A DNA stretch of 64,000 nt from Candidatus Atabeyarchaeum deiterrae (GTDB lineage: Archaea > Asgardarchaeota > Atabeyarchaeia > Atabeyarchaeales > Atabeyarchaeaceae): the NCBI GenBank assembly GCA_037310415.1, contig CP147780.1, positions 2,176,001 to 2,240,000 on the forward strand, read 5' to 3'. A program made the position numbers and the translations under genes. Positions 30,794-40,992 of the stretch are shown one piece after another. The notes below the pieces were generated by a model. That model was not told the DNA's origin. It made no database searches and saw only the letters and a list, made by a program, of their open reading frames with translations. Positions within the stretch are counted from its first letter, which is position 1; each line of letters opens with the position of its first letter.

Positions 30794-32035
30794 TTACTTA
30801 TGACTCTTCTTAAAGGATGCAGCCAACAGTTGCTTTGTCCGTCTATGCCTGCTGTACACTGACGCCGCTATCGTGGCCACACCGACACCAATTATGACAG
30901 CAGGATAGATCAGGCTAATGAATATCCCCTGCAAGAAAAAGGCAGTGCCCAGCATGGCGAGAAATGCAACAACTGGTCTCTTATAGAAGACCACGATAAG
31001 GGTACAACATATCAGAACAGCGAAAACAATGAATGCACCGAGTACGAGTGCAAGCAAACTGCAAAGCAACAGCACAGAGTCAAGAGTGAACCCCACGTTG
31101 ATGTCCTTGAAGCCCGGATCCCTTGTCACGTCGTACTTCCAAACGCTATAGATAACAAATGGTGATGCACCAGCAAATAGTATGATTCCGAAGTAAAGAC
31201 CGTTTCCCCCGCCTATTATGAGTATTAGTCCTATCACTGATCCGAGTATTGAACCAATCAGTCCTTGTACCGGAGAGAACTTGTCCATTGCGCTTTGGAA
31301 AGCTTCTGTATGCTCCACATAAAGACCACGAATCCCTGCCACCACGCCGGAGACCACGATGAGCGCAGTGTAAGCCATGTAGTTGAAAAGTACTTGTATT
31401 AAGACGGCTAAGAGTGCTGTAAGACCTATGGTCATAACAGCTCCTCTGTTCATTGCTACTATTATTGAACAACCAAGCAGTACATAGAACATCACACCCT
31501 CTCCCAAGAATAGCATAAGTATCGACGTTAGGAAAATCATCAAGCACACTGTGAGAGCTGGGTCCTGTCGCTTGATTCCAAGATCCCTGGTCCTAACAAC
31601 CTTCACCAAACTGTATGCAGTGAGTAGCACTGCAAATACAAGGATGATGGCACCTTCGAGGATAAGTCCATTGACCAGTGTTTCTACCAGCCCGATTGCC
31701 GCAACAAAGACGGAAGTTACAAGCCCCCTTAGAGGCGACGAGTTCTTAATCCACTTCCAGATGTAACCCCCAGTATCGAGAACGATCAATTCTGCCAACA
31801 CAGGCGCAAACAGGATTATGGCGAACTTCAAAGTAGATATCGGCATAACAAAAATAGCGTAGACCATCACAGCAATGCAAGCGAAAACGAAAACGGTTCT
31901 TAAATGTCGAAGAGGGCTTGCTGAGCTTCCAGAAGGAGTAGATGGTTTCTTCAAACCCTTACCTTTAGATAACAAAGAGAATCCTCCCTTCCACCGCACT
32001 TTACCTTTATCAACACTCAGATTTATCCGCTTCAA
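30794..32035 (-). CDS. Polytopic membrane protein with internal repeat
   Basis: More than 10 hydrophobic segments; repeated V..TRD.G..D..LT / VTRDPGFKD..FT units. Confidence 0.7.
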   Translation of the reverse strand: MKRINLSVDKGKVRWKGGFSLLSKGKGLKKPSTPSGSSASPLRHLRTVFVFACIAVMVYAIFVMPISTLKFAIILFAPVLAELIVLDTGGYIWKWIKNSSPLRGLVTSVFVAAIGLVETLVNGLILEGAIILVFAVLLTAYSLVKVVRTRDLGIKRQDPALTVCLMIFLTSILMLFLGEGVMFYVLLGCSIIVAMNRGAVMTIGLTALLAVLIQVLFNYMAYTALIVVSGVVAGIRGLYVEHTEAFQSAMDKFSPVQGLIGSILGSVIGLILIIGGGNGLYFGIILFAGASPFVIYSVWKYDVTRDPGFKDINVGFTLDSVLLLCSLLALVLGAFIVFAVLICCTLIVVFYKRPVVAFLAMLGTAFFLQGIFISLIYPAVIIGVGVATIAASVYSRHRRTKQLLAASFKKSHK

Positions 32036-32199
32036 GATTTCTCGGCATCCGGCAATTCTATGGAATTCCCGACATTAGCTTATTAGCTGCTCGTAGATTT
32101 TATTACTATGCTAATAATAAACGTTTCTGTCTTCAAACGTCATTCGAGCATGATCATTCTGAACCCGAAACAAATCCTCCCTTGTCCCACTCCTTGTTC

Positions 32200-33102
32200 T
32201 CAAGGTAATCCTGGTACAAGAATATAGACAAATACAGGAATCAAACCTAATGCAATCGCCAAAGGAAGACCTGGAACCTGTCCAACCTTTCTTGCACGCC
32301 TTGAGGTAATCACGCTCCCAAGCAGCACAAGAAAGAGAGACAACAATGTGGCAACCAACCCAAAGTTCACGAGAGTATTCGTAACCAGTATGGAATAGGA
32401 CACAAGATCGCCTATTCCAATCGCCCAGTCTCTACCAGCGTAGGACATCTTCAAAATAATAATGCTTTCATAATCCTCGTGAAGTCTTTTGGTCTTCTTT
32501 ACGGTCTGCTTCAAAGTCAGATACAAGTCAAGCCCAGCCAAAAAACAAAGCAAAACGATCATAGCTATTGAAGGAATGAGGACTCCCATGAAAGCGCCGA
32601 TAACGCTGCTGTAGAACGCGAACAACACATTTCTTGAATTCCGCGACAAGACATCAAACACTGCCAATATGCCAGCAAATGAGCCGAGATATGCAACCAT
32701 GCTCAGACCGATGCGAATGGCGGGAGAGGAAAGACCGTAGTAACCAAGAAACAGGTTCGCATACATCAACAGAGAAACGGTAGCCGACAGAACGAATATC
32801 GCAATGGCAACTCTGACAGCTAGAGTTACAGATCCCTTCAATAGACCGTAGAAAATCAACACCGCTATTGAGATGCCTAGTACAAGAACAGCAACGTTGA
32901 CGAGTAATAAGCCGCTCCCGAAATAGAAGGGTCCGCGAGAAACATTTGCTCCAAGCTCGATCACAAGGGCGGTAAAAGCGAAGACAAGCGCGATTATCAT
33001 GACTGTCAACAGCACGCCAAAAGACCCATATTTATGGCTGCCACCGCTATCGTTTTTCCCTACTGCGATCGCATTGTCCAAACAATATCCCCGCCAACTC
33101 AT
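32200..33102 (-). CDS. Presenilin/signal-peptide-peptidase-like GxGD intramembrane aspartyl protease
   Basis: About 9 TM helices; LAGLDLY (YD-equivalent), IGIGDLVSYS (GxGD), VPGLP (PAL-equivalent), in the expected order. Confidence 0.75.
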   Translation of the reverse strand: MSWRGYCLDNAIAVGKNDSGGSHKYGSFGVLLTVMIIALVFAFTALVIELGANVSRGPFYFGSGLLLVNVAVLVLGISIAVLIFYGLLKGSVTLAVRVAIAIFVLSATVSLLMYANLFLGYYGLSSPAIRIGLSMVAYLGSFAGILAVFDVLSRNSRNVLFAFYSSVIGAFMGVLIPSIAMIVLLCFLAGLDLYLTLKQTVKKTKRLHEDYESIIILKMSYAGRDWAIGIGDLVSYSILVTNTLVNFGLVATLLSLFLVLLGSVITSRRARKVGQVPGLPLAIALGLIPVFVYILVPGLP

Positions 33103-33143
33103 TGCCGTTTACCAACGCATCATGGCGCCGCAACGGTTCCAGA

Positions 33144-33539
33144 TTATAATCCTATAACGAAGCCGATTACAGTCAGTACGAATGAGTAGAAGAAAACCCC
33201 CCGCGCCGTGCCCTCTGCCTGTCGAGCCCTTTTTGCTGAATAGGGTTCCCCGTGAAGAACCTTCTCGCCGACCTTAGTCATGCTTGGGCCCGATGAAATT
33301 ACTGTCAAGCCGCCGATCACCAAACCTACCGCGCCCTCGAGAATAGTCAATAGAGAAACATAGTACGTAACTATTAATGCATCAACCATGAAACTCGAAA
33401 CAATAACAATGTTAAGAAGGACGAAGATATTACTGAAAAGCAAAGTTTTCGCTAATACAGTGGTCGCCGCCCTCAACTTCTTCCGCTTGCTAGCTTTTGG
33501 CACACTTGCGCCCTCAGCCAGATTCTCATGAGACGCCAA
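33144..33539 (-). CDS. Small membrane protein (3 TM)
   Basis: Hydrophobic segments; co-oriented with the presenilin-like gene. Confidence 0.6.
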   Translation of the reverse strand: MASHENLAEGASVPKASKRKKLRAATTVLAKTLLFSNIFVLLNIVIVSSFMVDALIVTYYVSLLTILEGAVGLVIGGLTVISSGPSMTKVGEKVLHGEPYSAKRARQAEGTARGVFFYSFVLTVIGFVIGL

Positions 33540-33702
33540 TTGACTACACCTTGCTCTGAAACTAGCACAGAACCAATTCTCTCAACGGACTCTTAAATCG
33601 AATGAGCATTCAGCCCTCATGGGTCAACTTGACAAACTATCGAGACATCATCCAAAACGCACCTAGACGCGCAAAGAATACCAGAGGCGAAACGAGAGCT
33701 TA

Positions 33703-33715
33703 ATAAAAAAAGGGG
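33703..33715 (-). terminator. Oligo-T archaeal terminator after the solute-binding protein gene
   Basis: Minus strand reads CCCC followed by a T-run about 40 nt after the stop. Confidence 0.5.
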
Positions 33716-33750
33716 AGATTGGGAAATGTATTTGGCTTTGGTTTCTTTCT

Positions 33751-35784
33751 CTACAGCTTGCGCGGTCGGAAGAAGTAGAACCCTGCAAGAACCACGATCA
33801 CAGCCAACTCCGCTACTGAGATGATCAGACCGTAAGCATCCCAGAACGATGGCGGTGCCGGATAAGTGAACGTGTAGCCCGCAGCTTCTAACTCTCGTAT
33901 GGCCGCGTTTCTGAAGTCGGTTTGGCTAGTGTATCTGCGTGGTACAATGCTGGAATCGAAGCCCGCCGTCACTCTCGTGATGGGGACAGTGATGCCGTAC
34001 GAGCCGAAGCCGTTCAGCATACTGGTGATTATAGCATCCTTTGGACACAAGTATTCGATTGCACGTCTCACATGTTTGGCTGCCGCAGCGGCGTTTGACG
34101 AATTCGCTATGCCATTGGGCGTACCCAGCCCTGTCCCGACGATTGGGTGTCTCATATTGAAGCCTAAGGTCTGAACACCATAGGCATCATAATAGATCCA
34201 CTTACTCCAAGCCGAGCTGAGCTGAGACAAAGCCTGTTCAAGGTGGAACTGTGAGTCGAGCACCTGAACAGAACCCGCGTGCAGAGCTGCGATCGCTGAG
34301 GTCACATCCGATATCCAGATCACGTAGTAGTCCGTTATGCCATATTCACCTTGGCCTATAAGGGTGGCAGCGTCAAAGTAATTGGCGAATTTCGTTAGGT
34401 GGAGTGTGACTGTGCCTGCGTCATAGCTGACGAACTTGTATGGACCAGCACCGAATGGACCAATTCCAGATAGAAGTGATCCGTTCTTGCCAAAGTAGGC
34501 GTATGGTGTTCCTGCGTCTGCCGCGGCGAGGCTGTTGAACGAAGTTAGTGTCCATCTGCTAACGTTGTAGTAGCTGAGGGGTGTCCAATTGGCAAAGTCC
34601 GGTATTGTGGTACCAGCATAGAGAACGCTATTGTTCACAATTACTGAAGCTGGGTATATCGTTGAGCCTAGTATGTCTGCAGTGAAGAATGCCCACGGGT
34701 TTGGCAACGCGAAGTGAACCTCGTTGTAGTTCAAGGGCAAGCTTGCCCATTCGGTTCCGTTTTCACCAGACCAACCGAAGCTATTGTTCGAGCCAAGAAT
34801 GCTCGCTAGGTATGATTGAACAACGCATCCCCACTCGGTAACGAAACCATAGTACCTCAAGGAGTAGACGAAGTCTCTGCCATCAAGTGTTTCACCGTTC
34901 TGGAATTGGATGCCTGGCTTGATCCAGACTGTCCAGTTCTTGCCGTCGGTGGTGTGGGTGACGTTGCCGTAAGCCATGTAGGGTTCCATGAGCCAGCTAG
35001 AGTTTCTCCTGTACAAACCGTAGCCACCGTACTCGCCGAAGATCGGACCATATCCGGTCAGGTCGTAGTACGATGTGGTATGTGCTGGAGACAACTTGAG
35101 CATTTCACCAGTCTGTGCTATGACGATGCTGGATGACGGTGTGCTAGTGTAGCTCCAGTGTTCAACTCCAGGCCACAACGGATAGTGGTTCTTCTGGAAC
35201 ACGGTTGAGTTCACGTTCAGAGCCATTCCCACGACTTCCTGCGTATAGAACAATGAGATATCTACAGCCTGCTCATACTCGTACTGCTGCCATAGCTTGA
35301 CAAGAGCTAATTGCTTCGTTACGTTAAGCTCTCTTGTAATGTTCAGACATAGTGCGTCGTTGTATGGGTCGTTCCATAGGTAGTAGTTCTGCCCTGATGG
35401 CGCGTACTGGCTACTGTGGTACAAGCCATAGGGGTTGGGATCTGGGCTCATGGCGTATCCTACGAAGAGGCTGTCAAAGCCTCCCTGGGCGTAGGTTAGG
35501 CCAACTACAGCTGGCGCTGGGATTAGCGCCCTGTCGTACACGGTGCCCCAGCTTAGCAACTGTCTAATTGCGTTTATGCCCAAGTCCTTCATATTGTTTG
35601 TTACCAACAGCGCCCATTGCTGCCTCAATTGGTTAGCTCCTGGAGCTATCAGGTTGAAATCGAATGATGGATTGATCTGTGCGTATGCGGTTGCCTGCAC
35701 TGGTTGAACAAAGATGAACGGGGTTGCGATTCCTACCAGCATGAAAGAAATCAGTAAGAAACCAAGTATCTTCCTTTGTTGCAT
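33751..35784 (-). CDS. ABC peptide transporter solute-binding protein (family 5), circularly permuted, with signal peptide and C-terminal TM anchor
   Basis: DGKNWTVWIKPGIQFQNGE..DGRDFVYS, GAGPYKFVSY, GFNM, VRRAI motifs; about 13 NxS/T sequons; C-terminal TM followed by RPRKL. Confidence 0.85.
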   Translation of the reverse strand: MQQRKILGFLLISFMLVGIATPFIFVQPVQATAYAQINPSFDFNLIAPGANQLRQQWALLVTNNMKDLGINAIRQLLSWGTVYDRALIPAPAVVGLTYAQGGFDSLFVGYAMSPDPNPYGLYHSSQYAPSGQNYYLWNDPYNDALCLNITRELNVTKQLALVKLWQQYEYEQAVDISLFYTQEVVGMALNVNSTVFQKNHYPLWPGVEHWSYTSTPSSSIVIAQTGEMLKLSPAHTTSYYDLTGYGPIFGEYGGYGLYRRNSSWLMEPYMAYGNVTHTTDGKNWTVWIKPGIQFQNGETLDGRDFVYSLRYYGFVTEWGCVVQSYLASILGSNNSFGWSGENGTEWASLPLNYNEVHFALPNPWAFFTADILGSTIYPASVIVNNSVLYAGTTIPDFANWTPLSYYNVSRWTLTSFNSLAAADAGTPYAYFGKNGSLLSGIGPFGAGPYKFVSYDAGTVTLHLTKFANYFDAATLIGQGEYGITDYYVIWISDVTSAIAALHAGSVQVLDSQFHLEQALSQLSSAWSKWIYYDAYGVQTLGFNMRHPIVGTGLGTPNGIANSSNAAAAAKHVRRAIEYLCPKDAIITSMLNGFGSYGITVPITRVTAGFDSSIVPRRYTSQTDFRNAAIRELEAAGYTFTYPAPPSFWDAYGLIISVAELAVIVVLAGFYFFRPRKL

Positions 35785-35857
35785 ATGTATTCCACTCGCT
35801 CCTCTCTCTCTTCTCTCTCACTTGTTTAGTTTGTAAGTATGTGGTTACTGGCTTCGA

Positions 35858-35872
35858 TTATATAACGTTTTC
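35858..35872 (-). promoter_or_regulatory. BRE/TATA promoter of the solute-binding protein gene
   Basis: Minus strand GAAAACG-TTATATAA about 75 nt upstream of the ATG. Confidence 0.55.
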
Positions 35873-36139
35873 CCATCGTCGCTCAGAGGATGGACTTCTT
35901 TTCTGCTTTGCCCACGCGGATTTTCGCACATGCTACCCTATCCTACCTAACCAGTTTTTCTGAGCGTCCAACAGCTAGAAACCGCTAGCGCGTGTCCCAG
36001 AGTAGTGAAAGAAACACTTTGTGAAAGCTCCCGAGCGAGGAGACGGTTCGCGCAGTAGTGAGCTGTAAGAATGCCACTTGCGTCGTGTCATCTCTGGTCA
36101 TACCAATGAGCTTGCTGAAAGCACACACCGCGAAATATG

Positions 36140-36153
36140 CAAAGATTTAAATA
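36140..36153 (+). promoter_or_regulatory. BRE/TATA promoter of the dppBCDF operon
   Basis: CAAAGA-TTTAAATA. Confidence 0.5.
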
Positions 36154-36369
36154 TCTCTGGTCAAGTTCCATCTAACATTAGCCCATCTGTTCCATGAACT
36201 GAAGTATGCGAGGGCGAGCCTACTCAGGTTAGGCCGAATCACAAACAAGATGGACTTGCGAAAGAACGAGTTGGATCAGAAACTCAGTTTGAGGCCCTTG
36301 CTAGTTTAGCAAAAGTCTCGAGAAGTTGAACCTAAGCAAGAAGATCGGGAAGGTCGTGGTGGTTGGTCC

Positions 36370-37344
36370 GTGAGACTTTACAAGTATGTGATTAGGCGTG
36401 TTCTTTATTTGATTCCGTTGTTCATAGGCGTTTCTATAATAGTATTTGTGCTAACCCGTCTCGCAGGGGATCCGGTTCAGCTCATGTACGCGCTCAATCC
36501 CCGCATCTCTCATCAACAGATTGAGCAACTAAGGCAATATTTCGGGCTTGCTGACAATCCTTTTGATCAGTACTGGCGATGGCTAACTAATTTCGTTCAA
36601 TTAAATTTCGGTATGTCAATCCTTTACTCCGCTAGCGTTAATACAATTATTGCCCAGAAAGCTTGGAACACGATTGAATTGCAGATCATTGCGCTACTTT
36701 TGGCGCTGGCGATCGCCATACCTATCGGGATAACCTCCGCTAGGAAGCAGTATTCGAAGACTGATATGAGTGTGACATCATTCGCTCTGTTGGGCACCTC
36801 AATCCCCGTGTTCTTCACGGGATTGATCTCAATTCTTGTGCTTGCGAACTGGGTACTATGGTTCCCGTATGGCGGATATGTGACCGCGGAACCTGGCGTA
36901 CCATTGTTCGGCAACTACTTCATCGATCACGCATGGCACCTCGTCCTGCCTGTCACCATCTTGACGGTTGCAGATCTCGCGACAATTGTCCTGCTGGTTA
37001 GGTCAAGCATGCTTGAAGTCCTTAGACAGGACTATATACTCGCAGCTACGGCTAGCGGATTAAGTGAAAGAACAGTTATATACAAGCATGGTCTCCGCAA
37101 TGTGATGATCCCGGTGATTACGTATATCGGGCTGTATCTCGGTGGTATGCTGGCAGGCGCGCCAATAACTGAGACTGTCTTCAACTGGCCCGGTCTGGGT
37201 AAGTTGTACGTTCAGGCTGTGGGTCAGCTGGACTATGCAATAATCCAGGCCGTGACGATGTTAATTACCCTTATGACGTTGGCTGCAAATCTGGTGACGG
37301 ACATATTATACGCATATCTTGATCCGAGAATAAGACTGGATTAG
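36370..37344 (+). CDS. dppB: Peptide ABC transporter permease
   Basis: YVIRRVL, GDPV, QYWRWL, HLVLP, RSSMLEVLRQDY (EAA loop), ETVFNWPGLG, YAYLDPRI. Confidence 0.93.
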   Translation: MRLYKYVIRRVLYLIPLFIGVSIIVFVLTRLAGDPVQLMYALNPRISHQQIEQLRQYFGLADNPFDQYWRWLTNFVQLNFGMSILYSASVNTIIAQKAWNTIELQIIALLLALAIAIPIGITSARKQYSKTDMSVTSFALLGTSIPVFFTGLISILVLANWVLWFPYGGYVTAEPGVPLFGNYFIDHAWHLVLPVTILTVADLATIVLLVRSSMLEVLRQDYILAATASGLSERTVIYKHGLRNVMIPVITYIGLYLGGMLAGAPITETVFNWPGLGKLYVQAVGQLDYAIIQAVTMLITLMTLAANLVTDILYAYLDPRIRLD

Positions 37345-37405
37345 GGTGAGTGACTTCAGGGGAGAGCTCATCGTTGTGTGGTTGAATGCTGCGGACCAAA
37401 GTTGA

Positions 37406-38347
37406 GTGGAGAGTGTGACGTTGCCTGAGGACAAACATCCCAGAGACGCGAAAGAAGTGAAGGAACGGGCCAAGCCAGTAAGTATGTGGGGGCTGGCTTG
37501 GAGAAGGTTCAAGAGAAACAAGATAGCACTAGCTGGTCTCTTTATAATTGGGTATATCGCGTTCATGGGGATCTTCGCTGAATTCATAGCGCCATATGGG
37601 GCGAACGATACAAGTGCTTTTTACGAGGGCATGGCTAAGAGCCCTCCGACATGGGCCCATCCGTTTGGAACGGATATTATTGGGCGAGACCTCTTTAGTG
37701 AAATTGTTTTTGGTGCAAGGGCCGCTCTACTAGTCGGATTCGGCGCGGCGGGTATCGCCATTGGTATAGCCATTTTAGTTGGAGTCGTGGCTGGATACTA
37801 TGGTAGATACATCGATGAGATACTGATGCGATTCACCGAGATCTTCTTGGTCTTACCTTTCCTGCTTGTGATCCTAGTCCTGATGCAGGTTTCCGAGAAG
37901 TTTTTCATGGGCAGGCTGGTTGGACTTGGCGTCGTCATCCTCATAATAGGTGTTCTCTCATGGGCGGGCAATGCGAGGCTTATCAGGGGCGAGGTTATGA
38001 GGGTGAGAGAACTTGAGTTCATCACTGCAGCGAAGTGCCTTGGAGCAAATGGAAGACGAATACTCTTCAAACATATCTTTCCAAACATACTTTACTTGGT
38101 TTTAGTGTTGACGACGTTGCAGATAGCTGGAGCCATATTGGTCGAGGCTGCAGTGAGTTTCCTCGGCTTCGGAGATCCCAATGCAACAACGTGGGGACAA
38201 ATACTTTCAACTGCTGACTTGTACATATCTAATGGACTTTGGTGGATGCTGATTTTCCCAGGCATATTCATTACCTTGCTGGTGCTTGGTTTCAACCTGC
38301 TTGGGAACGGTCTGAGAGACGCATTCGATCCTAGACTAAGGGAGTAA
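37406..38347 (+). CDS. dppC: Peptide ABC transporter permease
   Basis: HPFGTD..GRD, ARLIRGE, EFITAAKCLGA, EAAVSFLGFG, GNGLRDAFDPR. Confidence 0.93.
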   Translation: MESVTLPEDKHPRDAKEVKERAKPVSMWGLAWRRFKRNKIALAGLFIIGYIAFMGIFAEFIAPYGANDTSAFYEGMAKSPPTWAHPFGTDIIGRDLFSEIVFGARAALLVGFGAAGIAIGIAILVGVVAGYYGRYIDEILMRFTEIFLVLPFLLVILVLMQVSEKFFMGRLVGLGVVILIIGVLSWAGNARLIRGEVMRVRELEFITAAKCLGANGRRILFKHIFPNILYLVLVLTTLQIAGAILVEAAVSFLGFGDPNATTWGQILSTADLYISNGLWWMLIFPGIFITLLVLGFNLLGNGLRDAFDPRLRE

Positions 38348-38396
38348 ACAATAGAGAATCCTGCACACTACTGACTCATGAGGTGTAAGTAGCATC

Positions 38397-39383
38397 ATGT
38401 TACTTAGCGTTGAAAATCTCAAGACATACTTCTACACCTGGGCTGGCGTCGTCAAAGCTGTCGACGGCGTTTCCTTCAAACTCAATGAGCGCGAGACCTT
38501 GGGGTTTGTGGGAGAATCTGGATCAGGAAAGACTGTGACGGCGCTCTCAGTAATGAAGATAATCCCTCGACCTGGTAAAATCGTTGAAGGGAAGATCTTC
38601 TTGAGAGGCGTCAACTTGGTTGAGAAGACTGAGAAGTATATGCAGAGTATCAGGGGACGCGAAATAGGATACGTTTTCCAAGATCCGTCTACCTCTCTCA
38701 ACCCAGTCTTCTCGATTGCGGCCCAACTCGTAGAGGTAATCATGAGGCATCAGAACATAACCAAGAGAGAGGCACTCGAACAAGCAATCGGGTTGCTGAA
38801 ACTGGTTGAAATCCCCGACCCAGAGAAAAGGATATGGAACTACCCACATCAACTCAGCGGCGGAATGAAGCAGAGAGTTGCAGTCGCCCGCGCACTTTCA
38901 TGTAACCCGAGTCTCCTCTTTGCTGATGAACCAACGACCGCGCTTGATGTCACAATTCAGGCGCAGATCCTGGACCTTATCAGGAGATTGCAGGAGCGGC
39001 TTGGTATGTCCATGGTGCTCATCACCCATGATATGGGTGTGGTCGCTGAGACGACAAAGAATATTATAGTTCTGTATGCTGGCAGAATCTGTGAAGCATC
39101 TGACACGATGTCTATCTTCAAGCAACCTATGCATCCTTATACGGAGGCTTTGCTGACGGCAGTACCTCACCTCGGTCTGAAGCAGCACAAACTCGAAATG
39201 ATACCTGGCTCTATTCCCAACCTGATAGACCCGCCCAAGGGTTGCCGATTCCACCCAAGGTGTAAGTATGCGGTGCGCAAATGCATGCAGGAGCTTCCAG
39301 ACGCGCTGCAAGTAGAACCTAATCATTACTCTGCATGTTTCCGAATTCAAGATGGCGAGATAACTTTGAAATCAATTCTGTGA
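38397..39383 (+). CDS. dppD: Peptide ABC transporter ATP-binding protein
   Basis: GESGSGKT, YPHQLSGGMKQR, ADEPTTALDV, HPYT, GCRFHPRC. Confidence 0.95.
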   Translation: MLLSVENLKTYFYTWAGVVKAVDGVSFKLNERETLGFVGESGSGKTVTALSVMKIIPRPGKIVEGKIFLRGVNLVEKTEKYMQSIRGREIGYVFQDPSTSLNPVFSIAAQLVEVIMRHQNITKREALEQAIGLLKLVEIPDPEKRIWNYPHQLSGGMKQRVAVARALSCNPSLLFADEPTTALDVTIQAQILDLIRRLQERLGMSMVLITHDMGVVAETTKNIIVLYAGRICEASDTMSIFKQPMHPYTEALLTAVPHLGLKQHKLEMIPGSIPNLIDPPKGCRFHPRCKYAVRKCMQELPDALQVEPNHYSACFRIQDGEITLKSIL

Positions 39384-39397
39384 AGGAGTGTAATCGC

Positions 39398-40438
39398 TTG
39401 GCGTCAGAAGACAACGTACTTCTGAAAGTTGATGGTTTGCTCAAGTACTACCCTGTAGTTTCAAGAGGAATAATCCTCAAGAAGAGGGTAGGCGACGTTC
39501 ATGCAGTCGACAACATAAGTTTCAGCATTAAGAAGGGTGAAACTTTCGGCTTAGTAGGAGAGAGTGGGTGCGGTAAGACAACAACGGCAAAGCTGATCCT
39601 CAACTTAGAAATTCCAGACATGGGCAGCGTCTATTATCAAGGTAGGAACGCCACTCAGATATTTAGGAAAGGAAAAAGCGCCGATGTCCTAGCATTAAGG
39701 AGAAAGATACAGTATGTTTTTCAGAATCCATATGCGTCTCTCGATCCGAGGATGACCGTGTCCGACATATTGATGGAGCCTCTTCACATTCACAAGCATC
39801 TGCCGAAAGCAAAGTGGAAGGACAGGATGTACGAGCTTATTCACCTGGTTGGCCTAGAGGACTACCACCTGGAACGATACCCACATGAGTTCAGTGGAGG
39901 ACAAAGGCAGCGAATATGTGTCGCTCGTGCCCTGGCTGTTGAACCTGAACTCCTCCTTACAGACGAACCAGTAGCGTCTTTGGACGTCTCCATCAGAGCA
40001 CAAGTGCTGAATCTATTAGACGATCTACAACAGAAGTTTGGTCTAACATACTTGTATATCTCGCATGATCTAAGCACTGTTCGTCACATCAGTGACAGAG
40101 TCGCGGTGATGTACTTAGGTAAATTAGTAGAGATAGCTGACGTTGATGAATTGTATGAGAAGCCTCTCCACCCATACACCGAGGCATTGCTCTCCGCAAT
40201 TCCGGTGCCGGACCCCACAGGAAAGACCAAGGCCAAGCGCATAATTCTGCGCGGAGAGGTTCCAAGCCCGATCAATCCGCCATCAGGTTGCAGGTTCCAT
40301 CCTAGATGCAGCTATGCCATGGACATATGCAAGAAAGCCGAACCAGCGCTGGATGAAACTAAGACTGGCCACTTCGTAGCATGCTTCCTCCACCACAAGA
40401 CAAAAGCGACTCCGCCTCAATTGGTGAAAGCAGAATAG
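39398..40438 (+). CDS. dppF: Peptide ABC transporter ATP-binding protein
   Basis: GESGCGKTT, YPHEFSGGQRQR, DEPVASLDVS, HPYT, GCRFHPRC; TTG at 39398 after AAGGAG. Confidence 0.95.
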   Translation: MASEDNVLLKVDGLLKYYPVVSRGIILKKRVGDVHAVDNISFSIKKGETFGLVGESGCGKTTTAKLILNLEIPDMGSVYYQGRNATQIFRKGKSADVLALRRKIQYVFQNPYASLDPRMTVSDILMEPLHIHKHLPKAKWKDRMYELIHLVGLEDYHLERYPHEFSGGQRQRICVARALAVEPELLLTDEPVASLDVSIRAQVLNLLDDLQQKFGLTYLYISHDLSTVRHISDRVAVMYLGKLVEIADVDELYEKPLHPYTEALLSAIPVPDPTGKTKAKRIILRGEVPSPINPPSGCRFHPRCSYAMDICKKAEPALDETKTGHFVACFLHHKTKATPPQLVKAE

Positions 40439-40622
40439 GCGGGATCATCCCTTTTCTCTTAGCCATCTCTTTTTTGTGGACTCGCGCTTGTTCTTCACAC
40501 TGGATCGTCTATTTGCCTTTTTCACCACTTTTCATCAGATGGCATATTCCAAGACCTATCCCTTTTGAAACACCAATCCCTGAGAAAACGCGTCAGGCCA
40601 ACCTTCAAAACACCTAGGAATT

Positions 40623-40992
40623 CACAATTCTGTCGCAGGGAAGCCCACGCCCTTTAGGAGTGGGAGGAACTGCGGAGGCCAGATTGGCTGTTCAAATACC
40701 TTCCGCCGCGTATGTTTATTTGGGGCTTGGGGCGAGACCGAGTGGGGTGGTGCCCCCAATACAAAACCTGAGGCTCTGGGCCCAAGGCGGATGGTGGTCT
40801 CGGAGCCACCGAGACGCGAAGCGTAACCCACCACGTCTGGCGAGGTGAGCGGGCTGGAAACGTGCGGCGCACGAAAGCCCGGGAGTCGCAACTTCCACAA
40901 TAGGCTTTCCGGAACCACCGACCCGGCGACGGGCGGAGACAGGGCGAACGAAACGGAAAGCCCACTGGTTTCAAGCCGTGGGAAGAGGTTAC
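40623..40992 (+). mobile_element. Non-autonomous IS200/IS605-type mini-element (no protein) carrying a GC-rich structured RNA
   Basis: Two related subterminal hairpins in direct orientation: AAGCCCAC..GTGGGAGGA (40641-40668) and AAGCCCAC..GTGGGAAGA (40958-40986), ending GGTTAC; GC-rich, hairpin-dense interior. Confidence 0.7.

Noticed and set aside
40660-40780. RNase P RNA (GAGGAA.. and ACAAAAC..GGCT words) or a group I intron
   Set aside because: The two words cannot form the P4 helix and are too close together; no group I P/Q/R/S core is visible; IS200/IS605-like ends explain the locus better.
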